From Octopus vulgaris (lineage: Eukaryota): a stretch of 64,000 bases of DNA. Positions 50,970 to 64,000 of this stretch are shown one piece after another. The stretch is from NCBI GenBank assembly GCA_951406725.2, contig OX597814.1, positions 107,818,001-107,882,000 of the forward strand, read 5' to 3'. The translations under genes and the position numbers were made by a program. Every line of letters begins with the position of its first letter. Positions within the stretch are counted from its first letter, which is position 1. The notes beneath the pieces were generated by a model. That model searched no databases, was not told the origin of the DNA, and saw only the letters and a list, made by a program, of their open reading frames with translations.

Positions 50970-51520
50970 TTAGCTGTGAGTCGGGAGTCTTAAAGGGACT
51001 TGGACATGCTGATGCAGTCGTGGACTCACTGGACAAGGCTGGTTGGTGCTGCCGATATCAGAGCAAGAGGACAAAGGTTCGTGTCTTCGAGTCTCTAGTC
51101 CTCCCTCTCCTACTCCATAGTTGTGAAACTTAGACACTATCGAGGGCCTTTAGGGACCTCCTGAAATCCTTTGGTACCACGATGTTTCACAGGATTATAG
51201 GTTACCGTAGTCGGATTTCGTAACCAACCAACGACTCTTCTCAGAAACTAGTCATGTTTCTTGTATGATTCAAGAACACCAGTTCAGACTGTTTGGCCAT
51301 GTTGCCCTGTTTTCCCAGTCAGACCTGCTTACCGTGTTCTTTTCTCTGAGGATCTGGCTGGGTTAGTGGCTTGTGTTGGTCGACCATATGCCAAAGAGTC
51401 ACAACGGATGGAGACTGGCTGCGACACTCTCGGAAAATTGCCCGAAACGATCCGAGTATATACCAAGAAATGGTGGACGCAGCAACGTGCTTCAATGGCG
51501 CATGTCTCCATACGTGACCT
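50970..51520 (+). mobile_element. Decayed RTE-group LINE RT C-terminus
   Basis: TKVRVFESLVLPLLLHSCET*TL and QFRLFGHVA motifs. Confidence 0.7.
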
Positions 51521-51932
51521 GATCGGAGTTTAAATCTTGGTACAGATATATGACAGCCAATTGCCCTACCCTTAAGTTCCCACACTAACTACAACACCCA
51601 GTGCTTTCTCTCCAGCATTCGATCCTTCTCTGTCTTTCCTGCAGTTGTCGATTTATAACTGTGCAGTTGAGACATCATTGACATCAACCTCATCAGGGTT
51701 GTTCGAAGGTCTGTGAAAGCTATGGGCGTGCCCCTTTAAACATGGCAAATGAAAAAAATATAAAAATTTACATTAAACACCCATAAAACATTTGCCACAT
51801 AAGAAACTCAAAACGTATGCGCACAGGTGGCATCATTTGAAGGCTAAAAAAACAATGCGAAGCGCATTGTGACCAACGATGTGTAGCAACATCTGATAAC
51901 CTGGTCGGTCACGGTGATATATATATATATAT

Positions 51933-51982
<50 letters not shown>

Positions 51983-52378
51983 CACGCGCAAACAACTCAT
52001 CCACACTACGCATGTGCAAACAATACATAACCATTGTAAACAACACAACCAACGGGGGAGCTATGTGGTTGTTCGATCTGCTAGAAATAACAGCCAAATC
52101 TCTCTCAAATTGTTAAAGGAGATATTGAACAATACAAACTCTAACGTTACAAAAAGTCAGTGTGGCCATGGCTGGAATGCCTCTGGTAATAGGTCTTCAA
52201 AATCAGATATACTAATACAGAACATTGTACAGACAACCACGTTAAAACATACACACATACTGACATCCACTGCACAGAACATACACACACATATATGGAC
52301 ACATACATATACACACGAGCGCGCGCATACGAAAAAGTGTACAATACGTGTGTGTGTATGTGTATGTATGTATGTATG

Positions 52379-52409
<31 letters not shown>

Positions 52410-52505
52410 ACATATACATCTCTGTGTGTCTCTCTCAATACACCTTGTTTGTTGTTCGCTCACCTGTCTCCGTCTTGTTTTTTGTTGTGTACATTTTTGT
52501 ATCGA

Positions 52506-52546
<41 letters not shown>

Positions 52547-52670
52547 TACACTTAGATACTCGTACAGAGAAAGAGAGAGAGAGAGAGAGAGACACTGAGT
52601 GTTAGAGAGAGAGAAGAGAAATCTAAGTGCCTAATTATACGCACAGAATACAACCAAAAAATACATACAC

Positions 52671-52704
<34 letters not shown>

Positions 52705-52776
52705 GCATACACACGACATGGACATATAATCAAACACACATATAAACGTGACTATTATATATACACATATATACAT

Positions 52777-52810
<34 letters not shown>

Positions 52811-53477
52811 GTAAGGAATATTGGGAGAAGTAGGCCAAAGAGTTAACGAAATGAGATGAAAAGATTTCTCTGCGAAGCTTTTAGTCTTTCACTGACGTCA
52901 ACATTTCCCAGCATGCAGCAGCAGCAGCGGTGTTGTTAGTTCTACTTCGACAGATGGATGATTCATAGATATTTAGTATGGGGGAGGGGTGGAGAGGTGG
53001 AGAGAGAGAGAGAGAGAAAGAGGGATAGGGGAGGGGCGGGTAATCTAGGGTCCGTCATCAGTTGTACAGCTGCTACTGCTGCTAAAGGTGATGATGATAA
53101 TTGCGATCATCCATAAACGTGATCATTACGGTAAAGATCATCATCATCATTATCATAGTTCATAGTCGTCGTCGTCAACACCACCATCATCATCACTATC
53201 ATCGCTGCCGTTACAATGACGTCGTCCTCTGCATCATCATCATCATTATCATCATCATCATCATCAACATCATCACAGTTAATATTGGTGAAGATGGTGA
53301 CGGCGTGACGGAGAGAGAGAGAGACGGAATGCCAACTAAAGGCACTCTGGTATTTATACACACACACACACACACGTATATACATATACACAAAAGCATA
53401 CAATACACTCACACGCACACATATACACACAATCATACACATATACACACGCATACACACAAATCACACACATGCAA

Positions 53478-53520
<43 letters not shown>

Positions 53521-53837
53521 GGAGGTATACGTTTATATACGCACACACACAGGAGGTATACGTGTATATACGCACACACACACACACGCACACATAAAAC
53601 CATTCACACACACCCTCATAACACCCTAAACACTTCTGGGTACCATCAGCAACAACAAACTCACCCAACCCACCTGGATGATCAAGCTCCAGTATTTACT
53701 AAACCGACCCCACCCTCATTACATCCTTTCAGCAACCTCTCCACCCCTATATATATATAACATATACCTTGCATATAAACGACCCCACTCACTCTAAAGC
53801 CGGGGGTTCTCAGCCATTCTTTATCTATGGACCCCTT

Positions 53838-54220
53838 TACTTTTTTACTTGTTTCAGTCATTTGACTGTGGCCATGCTCAAACACTGTCTTTAAGTCAAG
53901 CAAATCGACCCCAGGACTTATTCTTTGTAAGCCTAGTACTTATTCTATCGGTCTCTATTGCCGAACCGCTAAGTTACGGGGACGTAAACACACCAGCATC
54001 GGTTGTCAAGCGATGTTGGGGGGGGGACAAACACAGACACACAAACACATATATACGACGGGCTTCTTTCAGTTTCTGTCTACCAAATCCACTCACAAAG
54101 CTTTGGTTGGTCGGAGGCTATAGTAGAAGACAGTTGCCCAAGGTGCCACACTGTGGGACTGAACCCGGAACTATGTGGTTGGTAAGCAAGCTACTTTCCA
54201 CACAGCCACTCCTGCACCTA
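53838..54220 (-). mobile_element. SINE family A, full length
   Basis: Reverse complement of the family body. Confidence 0.9.
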
Positions 54221-54285
54221 TGATAACAATTTTATTCTTGTGGACTCCATAGCCATTCAATGTTTAAAACCTAATTTTACATATA

Positions 54286-54802
54286 CAGCAATACCTCGCA
54301 GATCGAGTTTAATTCGTTCCATGACCAAGCTCGTTTTACGATTTCCCCCCACCACCACATTGAAATTAACTAAAATATAATTAATCCGTTCCACCCCCAC
54401 CAAAAAAACCCCCCAAAAAAACACTCGAAAATATTTTTTTATGTTTTAAAACAGAAAAGGTGTAATTACAAGTAAAATGACAATTATAAAAAAGAGAATA
54501 CAAAAGAAATATGTAAAGTGGTTTTATTAACTCCGACCAATAGAATAAGTACTAGGCTTACAAAGAATATGTCCTAGGGGCGATTTGCTTGACTAAAGGT
54601 GGTCCTCCAGCATGGCCGCAGTCAAATGACTGAAACAAGGAAAAGAGTAAAAAGAGAGAGAGTGAATTACCTTAAAGATGGGACGATTTGTGTGCTCGTA
54701 CTGCAGATTTCCGCTTGTACTTCAAGACAAAAATTTGCATAAGTCTCATCTCATACAGCAAACTACTCACTAATGGTGCACTCGTACCGTGAGGTTCTAC
54801 TG
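54286..54802. mobile_element. Tigger-like MITE containing a SINE A 3' fragment
   Basis: TA-cagcaatacctcgc ... gtgaggttctactg-TA. Confidence 0.6.
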
Positions 54803-54861
54803 TATTTCTTTCAAAATTGTTATTCTGTTTTTCACCCATTAAACGTTTGTAGGTTGAACTA

Positions 54862-55363
54862 CCATAAATCCTCGAGTATAATCCGCAATTTTCCCCCAAA
54901 ATGGTCAAGATCCCTAGTGCGTACTATATACAAGGTTAAAAATAAAAAATAAAATCTAAGCAATGTCCGAGTCTGTTTGCTGTTCGGCAAAGTTTATTCA
55001 GACGCATTTTGTGATGTCAGGTGCGAAAATACCTTAAGCTCAGCCTGAAAGCAATGAAGTCATAAAAGAATCATCCATAACTTGCAGTAAGCAACATTTA
55101 TGAAACGTTATTACTGTTATATTTTTATTTTTTGCAAACAAAATGCACAAAATAGCTACACGTTTGCATTATGTTGTATATACAATAATAATAAAGGACG
55201 TTACCGTATACATTTTTACAAACCAAGGACGTTATATAGACCTTGACTCAAGTTAGAGAAGGGGTCCATATTATACACAAGGTTTAGGTTTTTCAGTGGC
55301 ACAGCCCCCTAAAAATCCGCTGCGTATTATACTCAAGGGCGGACTATACTCGAAGATTTACGG
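54862..55363. mobile_element. pogo/Tc1-like MITE
   Basis: TA-ccataaatcctcgagtata ... tatactcgaagatttacgg-TA; homologous to 41404-41905. Confidence 0.88.
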
Positions 55364-55661
55364 TATGTAAAATGTAAAAGAAACATCGTAGCTGTTTCTT
55401 ACAATAAATGCTTTGAAAGCAAGACTTTTTCACGAACCCTTAAAATACTACAGTGAATCCCCAGTTTACTATTTAGTTGTATGGAACCCCTCCCCCACCA
55501 AAAGAAATCTTATATGGTCCCTCAGGGGCCATATGGACCCAGGTTGAGAACCTATGGCTTAAACAATCAGCCCCACGAACTGTAGCTTTGTCCCTTCACC
55601 AAACAGGGTATCCTACAATTAGATGAAGGCAGGTATATCAAATACCGTTTGATTTTTATCT

Positions 55662-55865
55662 GTTATCTTTTACTTGTTTCAGCCATTAGACAACGGCCAT
55701 GCTGGAACACCACCTTCAAGAATCTTGAGTCGAATGAAAGGATCCCAGTACTTTTCTTTTTAAGCCTCAGAATTATTCTATCAGTCTCCTTTACTGAACA
55801 GCTAAGCGATGGGGACATGAATACACAAACACAGTTGTCAAGCGGTGGTAGGAGACAAAGACACA
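55662..55865 (-). mobile_element. SINE family A, 3' half
   Basis: ggccatgctggaacaccacc... Confidence 0.8.
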
Positions 55866-57356
55866 CATATATGCACGCGCGCGCGTGTGTGTGGTTGTAT
55901 AAAATTGGATGAGTCACAAAAAAAACAGGCAGCCATATTTTAAATTGAGTGGAAGGTCATATTTTTAAAAAATTAAATACAGTATTATATTCTCATATCA
56001 GCCACCTTACCAATCTGTTTCATAAAAGGGGCTAGTATGAAACAAATCAGTCTTTCTGATGATTGCCAGGTTTCCCCCAGCTCCTGGTATGAAACCGATT
56101 GTTAATATATACTATACCTATATCAGAGTGACTAGTGGTGTGTAATATGATCAACATAGACAAATACAAGCATAGGAAACATCATGCAACATAAATTCTT
56201 GATTCATTAAAAACCATCTCTGCGTCTTTGGAGACGCTCTATATAAGAAAGGGAGATAATCTCAAGGATCAAGATTTCTCTAAAATTGACATGCCATTCA
56301 GGAAAAGAACAGGTTTACTGTCTGGAGATAAGCAGACAGCTGTTGGTAGGTATTTCAGCCTCTATATGCGTCATCAGCACAACAGTTATTTTTCCCTATC
56401 TCTAACAGCCAAGGGGGTGGGGTAGACATATACAAAAAGAGCAGAACACTCACAACTTATGTAATTATCTCCCCTTCTCAAATGGGCGCTGTTCTCAAAT
56501 GCCATTTGGTAATAGGGACACATTCTTTAGAAGTGGAAATAATGTTAAATAAATCTAAGAAATTATATTCTATAGTATTTGATATTCCTGTATTTATCTA
56601 TGATATTCCAGTCATTGGTTGCCGTGGATAGGATTGCTTGCAGAACCCTCTTCCATTTACTCATTCTGTCATGATATTGCTTGTTCATCTGTATCATGAG
56701 CAGGTGTTTACATTGTTCCATCTTTATTGATTTTGTTAGGTCATCTTCTCTTGTCTTTTATTACTTCTAACCTTGCTTCATCTGTTATGGTAGTCGTCAT
56801 CGTCGTTATTATTATTATTATTATTATTACTATTATGTTTGTAGTTAAGTGCCGAGGCTATCTCTTTTTTGTTGTAACTGTATATTTCGTTGAACGTTGC
56901 TATGGTAACATCTATGGTCTTCATTTCATTTGGTAGTTTAATTCTTTTTTTCCTTTGTGCTTACTGTTAATTCGTTGTTATGCTATACCCATTTCATGTG
57001 TGTTGAGTTCTGTAGAAGTCTCACTGTTTTCAGGGATCGTTCATTGTATGTGGTTGTCTTGTCTTTTGTTGTGATACTATTATTAGTTTGTGAAAGGTCA
57101 TGTAGTTTTTCGTGTGTAGAAGGTTGTTTATGTGAAGATGGTAGTTTAGTTTTATTTTTAATATGTTTTCTTCTTAAAAGGTTTATTTAAATTTTTGGCA
57201 GTTTGTTATGTGTTTTTATAAATCTCCGTACGTTCGCTACTATGTTCGCATTGACAGTTTCTTCACTTCATTTTGCTTTCCGCAGATATAACAACTACCC
57301 CACCAAAACTACTACTACCACCACCACCACTACTACAATAATAATAATAATAATAA

Positions 57357-57440
57357 GAGAGAACACCAGGGACATTTAACATGTGAGAGCGATAAAACGA
57401 GAGAAAACCGGGGATGTTTAACATGTGAGAGCGACAAAAC
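57357..57440. repeat. Two-copy ~42-bp tandem duplication
   Basis: tttaacatgtgagagcga(t/c)aaaac occurs twice. Confidence 0.85.
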
Positions 57441-57483
57441 ACTGATCTGAAATCTATTTGGTATTGCATCACATGTTGAGCGA

Positions 57484-58640
57484 TTGCGTGGAAAAAGTAT
57501 GGCGAAGTGGAGGATAGGACTGACAGCATATGGAAGAAGTTTAGGGAGAATAGAAATCAGGAAAAATCATCTTCCAAGGGAACTGCCTGTCCACACTGAT
57601 TCTGAAGAAAGCAAAAGCCGCCAACAAAAAGTCAACCATTTGTTATTTATGGATGACCTCAAACTTTATGGTAAAGATGAATCTCAAGTCAGTTCCCTCG
57701 TTGATATGGTGTATACCTTCAGTACTGATATCGGAATGGTGTTCGGACTGAGAAAGTGTGGTGTGTTAGTCTTAAAGAAAGGCAAAATTAAATGTATGGA
57801 TGGGCTAGCGAGACTGTTGGGGGAGGTTATGAAGCAGATAGAAGAGACGGGCTATAGGTACTTGGGGATTTTGGAAATGGATAAATTGATTTAGAAAGAA
57901 ACGACAGAAAAATTTAAGGTGGAGTATTTACACAGACTGAGACTGATCCTTAAGTTGAAATTAAATGGACGGAATAAGATTGAAGCTATCAACACCTGGG
58001 CAGTTTCACTCCTTAGATAAGGAGCAGGAGTAATCGCAAAGACAATAGACGAATTAAACAGCTTTGACTGAAAGACAAGGAAGTTGCTGACTAGATATGG
58101 GATACTCCGCCCAAAAAGTGACACAGACAGACTGTATGTAACAAGAAAAAGAAGGGGAAGAGGACTGATTGGATGTGAACACAGCATTAGAGCAGAAGCA
58201 AACAACATAGCATGGTATGTAAAAAATACTACAGAACCACTATTATTAGAAGTAAGAAGGCCAGGCTTCTGTAAGATGGAAGATTGGAAAGATAACACAC
58301 TGTACAAGGAGTGAGAATGAATGAAACTGAAAATAGGTGGATAAAGAAAAGAATGCATGGACAATTTCATAGGGATGTTGAAGACAAGACAGACAGAGAA
58401 AAAATGTGATTTTAAAACCAGAAATGGAGGTTCTAATCTGTGCTGCCATTACATCAAATACAGAATAAACAAACATCAGAAAGTGATAAATGCAGAATTT
58501 GTGGACACAGTGGTGAAACCATACAGCATATTACCAGTCAATATACACCACTAGCCCAGAAGGAATATAAGAGACGTCATTGGACACTTTGACAGAGCAA
58601 AAAAGTGGTATGAACATAAACCCAAAGGCACCTTCACAAC
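57484..58640 (+). mobile_element. R4/Dong-clade non-LTR retrotransposon relic (RT to zinc knuckle)
   Basis: NHLLFMDDLKLY, GYRYLGILE, LNGRNKIEAINTWAV, PKSDTDRLYVTRKRRGRGL, CRICGHSGETIQHI; multiple stops and deletions. Confidence 0.92.
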
Positions 58641-58654
58641 AGCAAGAATGAAAA

Positions 58655-59070
58655 TAATAAACCTTTCTATGTAAAAAGGCCTAAAAGTTGGTGGTGTGTG
58701 TGTGGAGGGGGGTAGTAATTATATCGATTCCAGCGCTCAACTGGTCCTTATTTTATCAACTCCAAAAAGGATGAGAAGCAGGTCGACCTCAGCAGAATTT
58801 GAACTCAGAACGTAAAAACGGACTAAATACCTCTAAGCGTTTTGCATGGTGTGTTATCGATTCTACCAGCATGCCGCATAGCAACAGCAGCAGCAACAAC
58901 AACAATAATAATATGTTTAATTTTAGGTGGCAAACTCTTACAGCGTCGGATAGAATGCTTCATTGTATTGTTTCCAAACCTCAGAGCTCTGAGTTCAAAT
59001 CCAAATGCAGTTAACTTTGTTGCTCGATCTTTCGGGGTTGATGAAAAAAATACCAATCTATTGCAGTAGA
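58655..59070. mobile_element. Divergent pair of old family B SINEs (minus, then plus)
   Basis: ggtcgacctcagcagaatttgaactcag and ctgagttcaaatcc..tttcggggttgat. Confidence 0.7.
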
Positions 59071-59249
59071 CTAGTGGAAGTGTTAGAACGACGGCCAAGA
59101 TGCTGGCACTCTGCGTTCTGACCTTTTGCATTCTGGTCCATTGCGTACCTGCTTTTGTGTTTAGGCTGTCCACTTTCCAATACTAAGGTCTACAATGATA
59201 ATGGTGCCAGGCTGTATCGGGCCCCAAAACAGGGATCATTCCTTTAGAC

Positions 59250-59849
59250 CAGTGGTTCTCTACCATTTCTTGCTTGTGACCCCCTTTCATTCCTGTTTTA
59301 CTTTACTGAACCCCCATAACCATTTAATGTTTAAAAAAACCTATTGTATTTATAAAAGCAATAATAAATCTCTGAGCGAAGTATAAAGAGTAGCTGCACG
59401 ACAATGTAAAGTATATTTGCCACTTAAATGTGGCTAACCCTTAAGGGTGGATGCTAATGTAGCTTGTAACCCCAGGAGGACACCTCCTCCAGCTGGCTAA
59501 CTTTCCTTCCCATCTTCAATCTGACATGATACACACAGTGTGTATCATGTCAGATTGTAGATGGGAAGGATGGCTTCCCTTTGCAAATACTGATAGGGCA
59601 CGGGTGTGTCAATAGCCAGCTGGAGGAGGTGTCCTCCTGGGGCTACAAGCTACAGTAACATCCACCTTTAAGGATTAGCCACATTTAAGTGGCAAATATG
59701 CTTCACGATATATTTAGATAATTAAATATTTTTAGGAATTGTATAAAAGAATTGTTAAAATATTTTGTGATTTATAGAAGTATAAACTTTACTGAGAAAA
59801 TCTTAGATGAACCCCCAAGGGTCATGTGGATCTCATTTGAGAACCACTG
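59250..59849. mobile_element. hAT-like MITE hosting a palindromic insert
   Basis: cagtggttctc ... gagaaccactg termini; TSD not clear. Confidence 0.7.
59406..59706. repeat. ~300-bp near-perfect palindrome
   Basis: atatttgccacttaaatgtggctaa...ttagccacatttaagtggcaaatat; centre aatctgacatgatacac-aca-gtgtgtatcatgtcagatt. Confidence 0.92.
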
Positions 59850-60125
59850 CCTTCACAGAAAAGAAAAACCTTGCTTAGTCCTACACATTCAGACGCAAAT
59901 ACAGGAGTGTCTGAAATCAACAGATGCCCCTACATTAGAATATTTTCAGCAATTTGAAAGAGGTTTCTGTTGCACCACCGGAGACACACACACTTGGTCC
60001 TCAGGTACCTGCAGTTTGTCTTTTACGGATGAAGAATTCTCTTTCTATTCTACATTCAGTTATAGTGTGTTGTTAATGTGTCTATTTTAGAATTTCATCA
60101 GTTAGAACATGCATGTGTGTGTGTG

Positions 60126-60498
60126 CAGGGCTGGATTAAGACCCATACAGGCCCTAAGCTCATAAAGCATTTTGGTGACCCCTATATCTATGTAATTCAA
60201 AATATAAACAATGATGTTTCCAAAATAAAACAAAACTAACAACAAGATGGAAAATAATGTTTATTTTTGTATTTGTTTTTGTAAAGTTTTCTACTTTCTT
60301 TAATTGCAAAGATCCTGTTTATGACATCATGCACACTTTGGAATTATATTTCCGATCATATAAACCACTTTGAATATTACTTTGGCAAGTTTAAAGTGAT
60401 CTCTTTATTGCCGTGAACAATTTACCATCTTTGTGGTGCCCCTCCCCTCGATGGTCTAAGCACGCACTTATCTTGCATAATTGATTAATCCAGCACTA
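60126..60498. mobile_element. hAT-like MITE
   Basis: cagggctggattaa ... ttaatccagcacta. Confidence 0.6.
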
Positions 60499-60511
60499 TA
60501 TATAGGATTGA

Positions 60512-60542
<31 letters not shown>

Positions 60543-60924
60543 AGTGTGTGTTTATGCGTGTTTTCACCCAGCTGGCAAAAATTAATCGTACCTGCATTCC
60601 AAAGGGCCAGCCTTGTCACATTCTGTGTGTCACACTGAATCTCCATGAGAACTACATTAAGGGTATGCATGTCTGTGGAGTACTCAGCCACTTGCACATT
60701 AATTTCACGAGCAGGACGCTCTGTTGATCAGATCAAGTGGAACAGTCATCGTCGTAACTGATGGAGAGCCAGGCAGGATGTATATGTGTGTGTGTCTGTG
60801 CCTCTGTATCTCTCTGTGTGCGTATGTGTGTGTGTTTGTGTGTTAGAATATATGGAATGTGAGCTGTATTGTTTTGTTGAAGAATAGTTTGGCAGCGTCC
60901 TCAGAGTATCATCGCTAGCCACTA

Positions 60925-61285
60925 AACCATTTTTATTTTCTCTCCCAGTTTATTTCTGTGTTCCTTTCTGTTGAAGAGCATAGGCTCGAAACATAAAAGA
61001 CTTTCTCACTTCACAAGCGTTAAACCAATACATCTGTTTGTTTACACCAGTGGTTTTCAACCAGGGTTCCGCCAGTACAGTCCAGGGGTTCCGCAAGAAG
61101 TTACAAAACTGCTAAAATCGGCAGTAATTTTCAATTCTCCTGTGCAGATATGTGTGCATAAGACTATTAAATTATTGCACAGGGGTTCCTCGAGCCAGGG
61201 GAATGTTTCCTTGGGGTTCCGCTCCAGCAAAAAGTTTGAAAAGCACTGGTTTACACAAGCATCTTCATCTTTTGTTTTTTTTTTT
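60925..61285 (+). mobile_element. Penelope-like pLTR (homologous to 28835-29005) split by a hAT MITE
   Basis: ctttctgttgaagagcataggctcgaaac; resumes after the MITE with atcttcatcttttgttttt. Confidence 0.7.
61048..61248. mobile_element. hAT MITE
   Basis: cagtggttttcaacc / gtttgaaaagcactg, perfect 8-bp TSD gtttacac. Confidence 0.92.
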
Positions 61286-62588
61286 CATAAATTCTCACTA
61301 TCAGACAATATGTCTGGCGCTGTTTATTCAGCTCCTTTAAGTTCTGCATTGAAATCCGGCCTAGGTCAGTTTTGCCATTCATCCCTTGAGATTCAATAGA
61401 ATAAACAACCAGTCAACTCCTGCAACTGATGTAATCTACTACCGTCCCTCACTCCAAAATTTGTTGGCTTTCTACTTAAACTAGAAGCAAAATCATTTTG
61501 GCACAAGTCCATAGAATTTTAGGAAGTTCAACATCAACTCGCTTCTTTCCTAATGTTAACCAGTCCTTATTTCATCGATCCAAGAAGAGCAAAAATGTAA
61601 AGGCAGGTCCCAGTGGGATGGGGATGCAGCACTTAAAAGAACGTAATCAAATACCAACGTTTTATCATTTCTGTTATGGCATCACCTTTTTTTCTGTTGC
61701 TTATATAATTATAGAATTTCAGTGGAAACAGGTAAAAATTATCTGAGTTATCAACCTTTGGGATTTGAAAGTACAAAGAATTCTGGGAAATATCAGAGGA
61801 ACTGAGTTCTTACATGTGTGGCCGTGATTAAAGTGAAATAAGATTGTACCGGAAAACTCTCAAATACATACTGCGTGGGTGAACTTCAAGATGTTGATGT
61901 AATTAAGAAAGGGATAGCAATGGCCTACTGCTATTTTCCACAGAAAATAAGAGAAGGTAGATATTTAGAGCTTGCAGCCATCACTCACGAGTGTGAACGA
62001 TTGTGTTGCATACCATACTTTCGTTGTTTTAGGTGTGTATCTAGTTGTGAATGAACACAAACACTCTCTCTCACTCTTTTCACACTTGATGTGAGAGGAG
62101 CGAGAGAGTGATGATTGTCAAGATCTGACAATCGGAAGGAAAAGAGAAGAGCTACACAAGCTGGACTAATTTCTGCACAATACATCGGAGTAACGAAGTA
62201 CATGAAGCACCTTGTTAAAGAACCCACGACCTTATGACTATGAATCCAGCTACCTAACCAGGAGGCTATGCGCATCTGTTTATAGCTATAGACATTAAAT
62301 CTGTATATTCGTATTCTGCGTTTATTTTCGTACAGTTGTAACCGTTTTGTCTCGCGGTACACTAAACACAGTGACCCCGTCTCACTGTGCCACTCGTTTA
62401 TTTTGCTTTTGTCCCAACAAAACCATTTCCTAGTACCATTTCTTATAAATGTGTTGATACTCTGATGTGAGTAGTCCTATTGTTAAAGTGTCAAAATCGT
62501 TATGGCCTTCAGTTTACAGCTGATGAGGGAGTGACCTGCAACAGCTTAGAGTCATTTGCTAAGGCCACTTACTACACAAACGACAGGG

Positions 62589-63210
62589 TTGTCTGCATTA
62601 ACTTTCCACGTGCTGAACATCGTAATAGTAATAAGTATTAACTTAAACCCAACTCAGCAAGTGGTCCCTAATTTTCTTTTTTATCATTTTGGTCATGAAA
62701 TTTATGTCGTCGTTTATGTAAATGATGTAGAGAAGTGGACCCAGTGTATTGGTTTCTAGTTTAGACATAAGACAAGCAAATTTGATGGAGTAACTCAATA
62801 GATATCACTGACTCCAGTGATTGGCTAGAACTTTATTTTAATGACCTCGAAAAGCTGAAAATCAAAGCTGACTCAGGCGGAATATGAACTCTGAAACTAA
62901 AGCTTCGGAAGAAATACACCAAAACATTTTCCGGGTGCTTTAACGATTGCGCCAGATCATCGCCCTGTGTAGACTTAATATAACATGAAAATGAGTGGAG
63001 AGGCGGAGGCGGGGATTGATAATGATTTCTACTGGGCATCGTTAAATTCCATCGATCCCATGTTGGGTTCTGTTTACCAGGAAGCCCTTAATCCCATACA
63101 ATATTTATCCAGGGATTCTAATTTATTAGGGACCACTTGCTGAGCTGGGTTTAAGTTATTACTTATTATTATTACTACGATGTCCGGCGCGTGGAAAGTT
63201 AATGCAACAA
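62589..63210. repeat. ~85-bp inverted repeats bracketing ~450 bp that includes an old SINE B
   Basis: tgcattaactttccacg..ctcagcaagtggtccctaat versus attagggaccacttgctgag..cgtggaaagttaatgca. Confidence 0.85.
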
Positions 63211-63474
63211 CGACAGGCTCGGCTCGTGGGGGGGGGGGGGCTGTGTGTGCACGCATGCGTGTGTGGTAAGGGTTGTTTTTACTGATATAATGCTTACGTC
63301 ATCTTCGGTAAGATCACTGAAGGAGCTCTGGAATATATCGCGGTTTCATTGGAATCATTAAGAAGAATGTGTGTGTGTATGTACTATTGCTGTGCCGGAT
63401 ATATGTGTGTGTGTGTGTTTATATGTATCTGTCTATCAATATATGCACATAGACGCACACTTATATACACGCAC

Positions 63475-63535
<61 letters not shown>

Positions 63536-64000
63536 AACACCATTGGAATATATCTGTTGTAATATAGCTTTATCAAGCTGTTACATAAACAACATAATGA
63601 GATTCCCACATGTACGTATATATATCACACGCAACCGTATACACACACACACACACACACACGAGTGTGTGTGTAAGCGTATGTGTAAGAATTTGTGTGT
63701 GTGTGTGTGAGCGTATATGTGAGAATATAAGTGTATATGTGAGAATGCGTGTATATATGTATATCTATTGAACCATCTGTCTGTATGAGTATGTATGCAT
63801 CTATATGTATGTGTATACATAAAATTTATATATATATATCTATGTGGACACACACACGCACGCACACATTTATAACCATGAAGCTAGATAAGGCAGTTTT
63901 AGGACTATAAATAAATAAATATTTGATATAAATACTTTTTTGTTGTGTATTGAGTCCAATTTCTCCTGGTTTGCATAACCAACCCTTTATACGCACACAT

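Noticed and set aside
487-63865. The many supplied ORFs rich in YI, HT, CV, LSIY, poly-M or poly-H
   Set aside because: They are translations of (TA)n, (CA)n, (TCTA)n and trinucleotide microsatellites or of SINE bodies, with no protein-like content

Overview
This window is eukaryotic, AT-rich and saturated with microsatellites and transposons. The repeat repertoire strongly resembles an octopus (coleoid cephalopod) genome; this is an inference, not a database result. It includes tRNA-derived SINEs (one with a Meta-type domain), RTE, R4/Dong, Tx1/L1, CR1 and Penelope relics, and mariner, hAT, pogo-like and Merlin-like MITEs. I find no intact protein-coding gene: nearly all supplied ORFs are microsatellite or SINE read-through, and the protein-like ones are decayed transposon fragments. 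The best host-gene signal is a CpG-rich CCAAT/YY1 promoter at about 11.1-11.4 kb with two candidate minus-strand 5' exons. The most interesting structure the ORFs do not explain is a set of Penelope-type hammerhead ribozyme motifs: an intact core at 36.55-36.62 kb and two identical minimal (dimer-type) cores 1030 nt apart on the same strand at 5.2 and 6.2 kb. The window also has many long fold-back and inverted repeats. Repeat coordinates were read by eye and are approximate (about 10-20 nt) unless a TSD or TIR is quoted.
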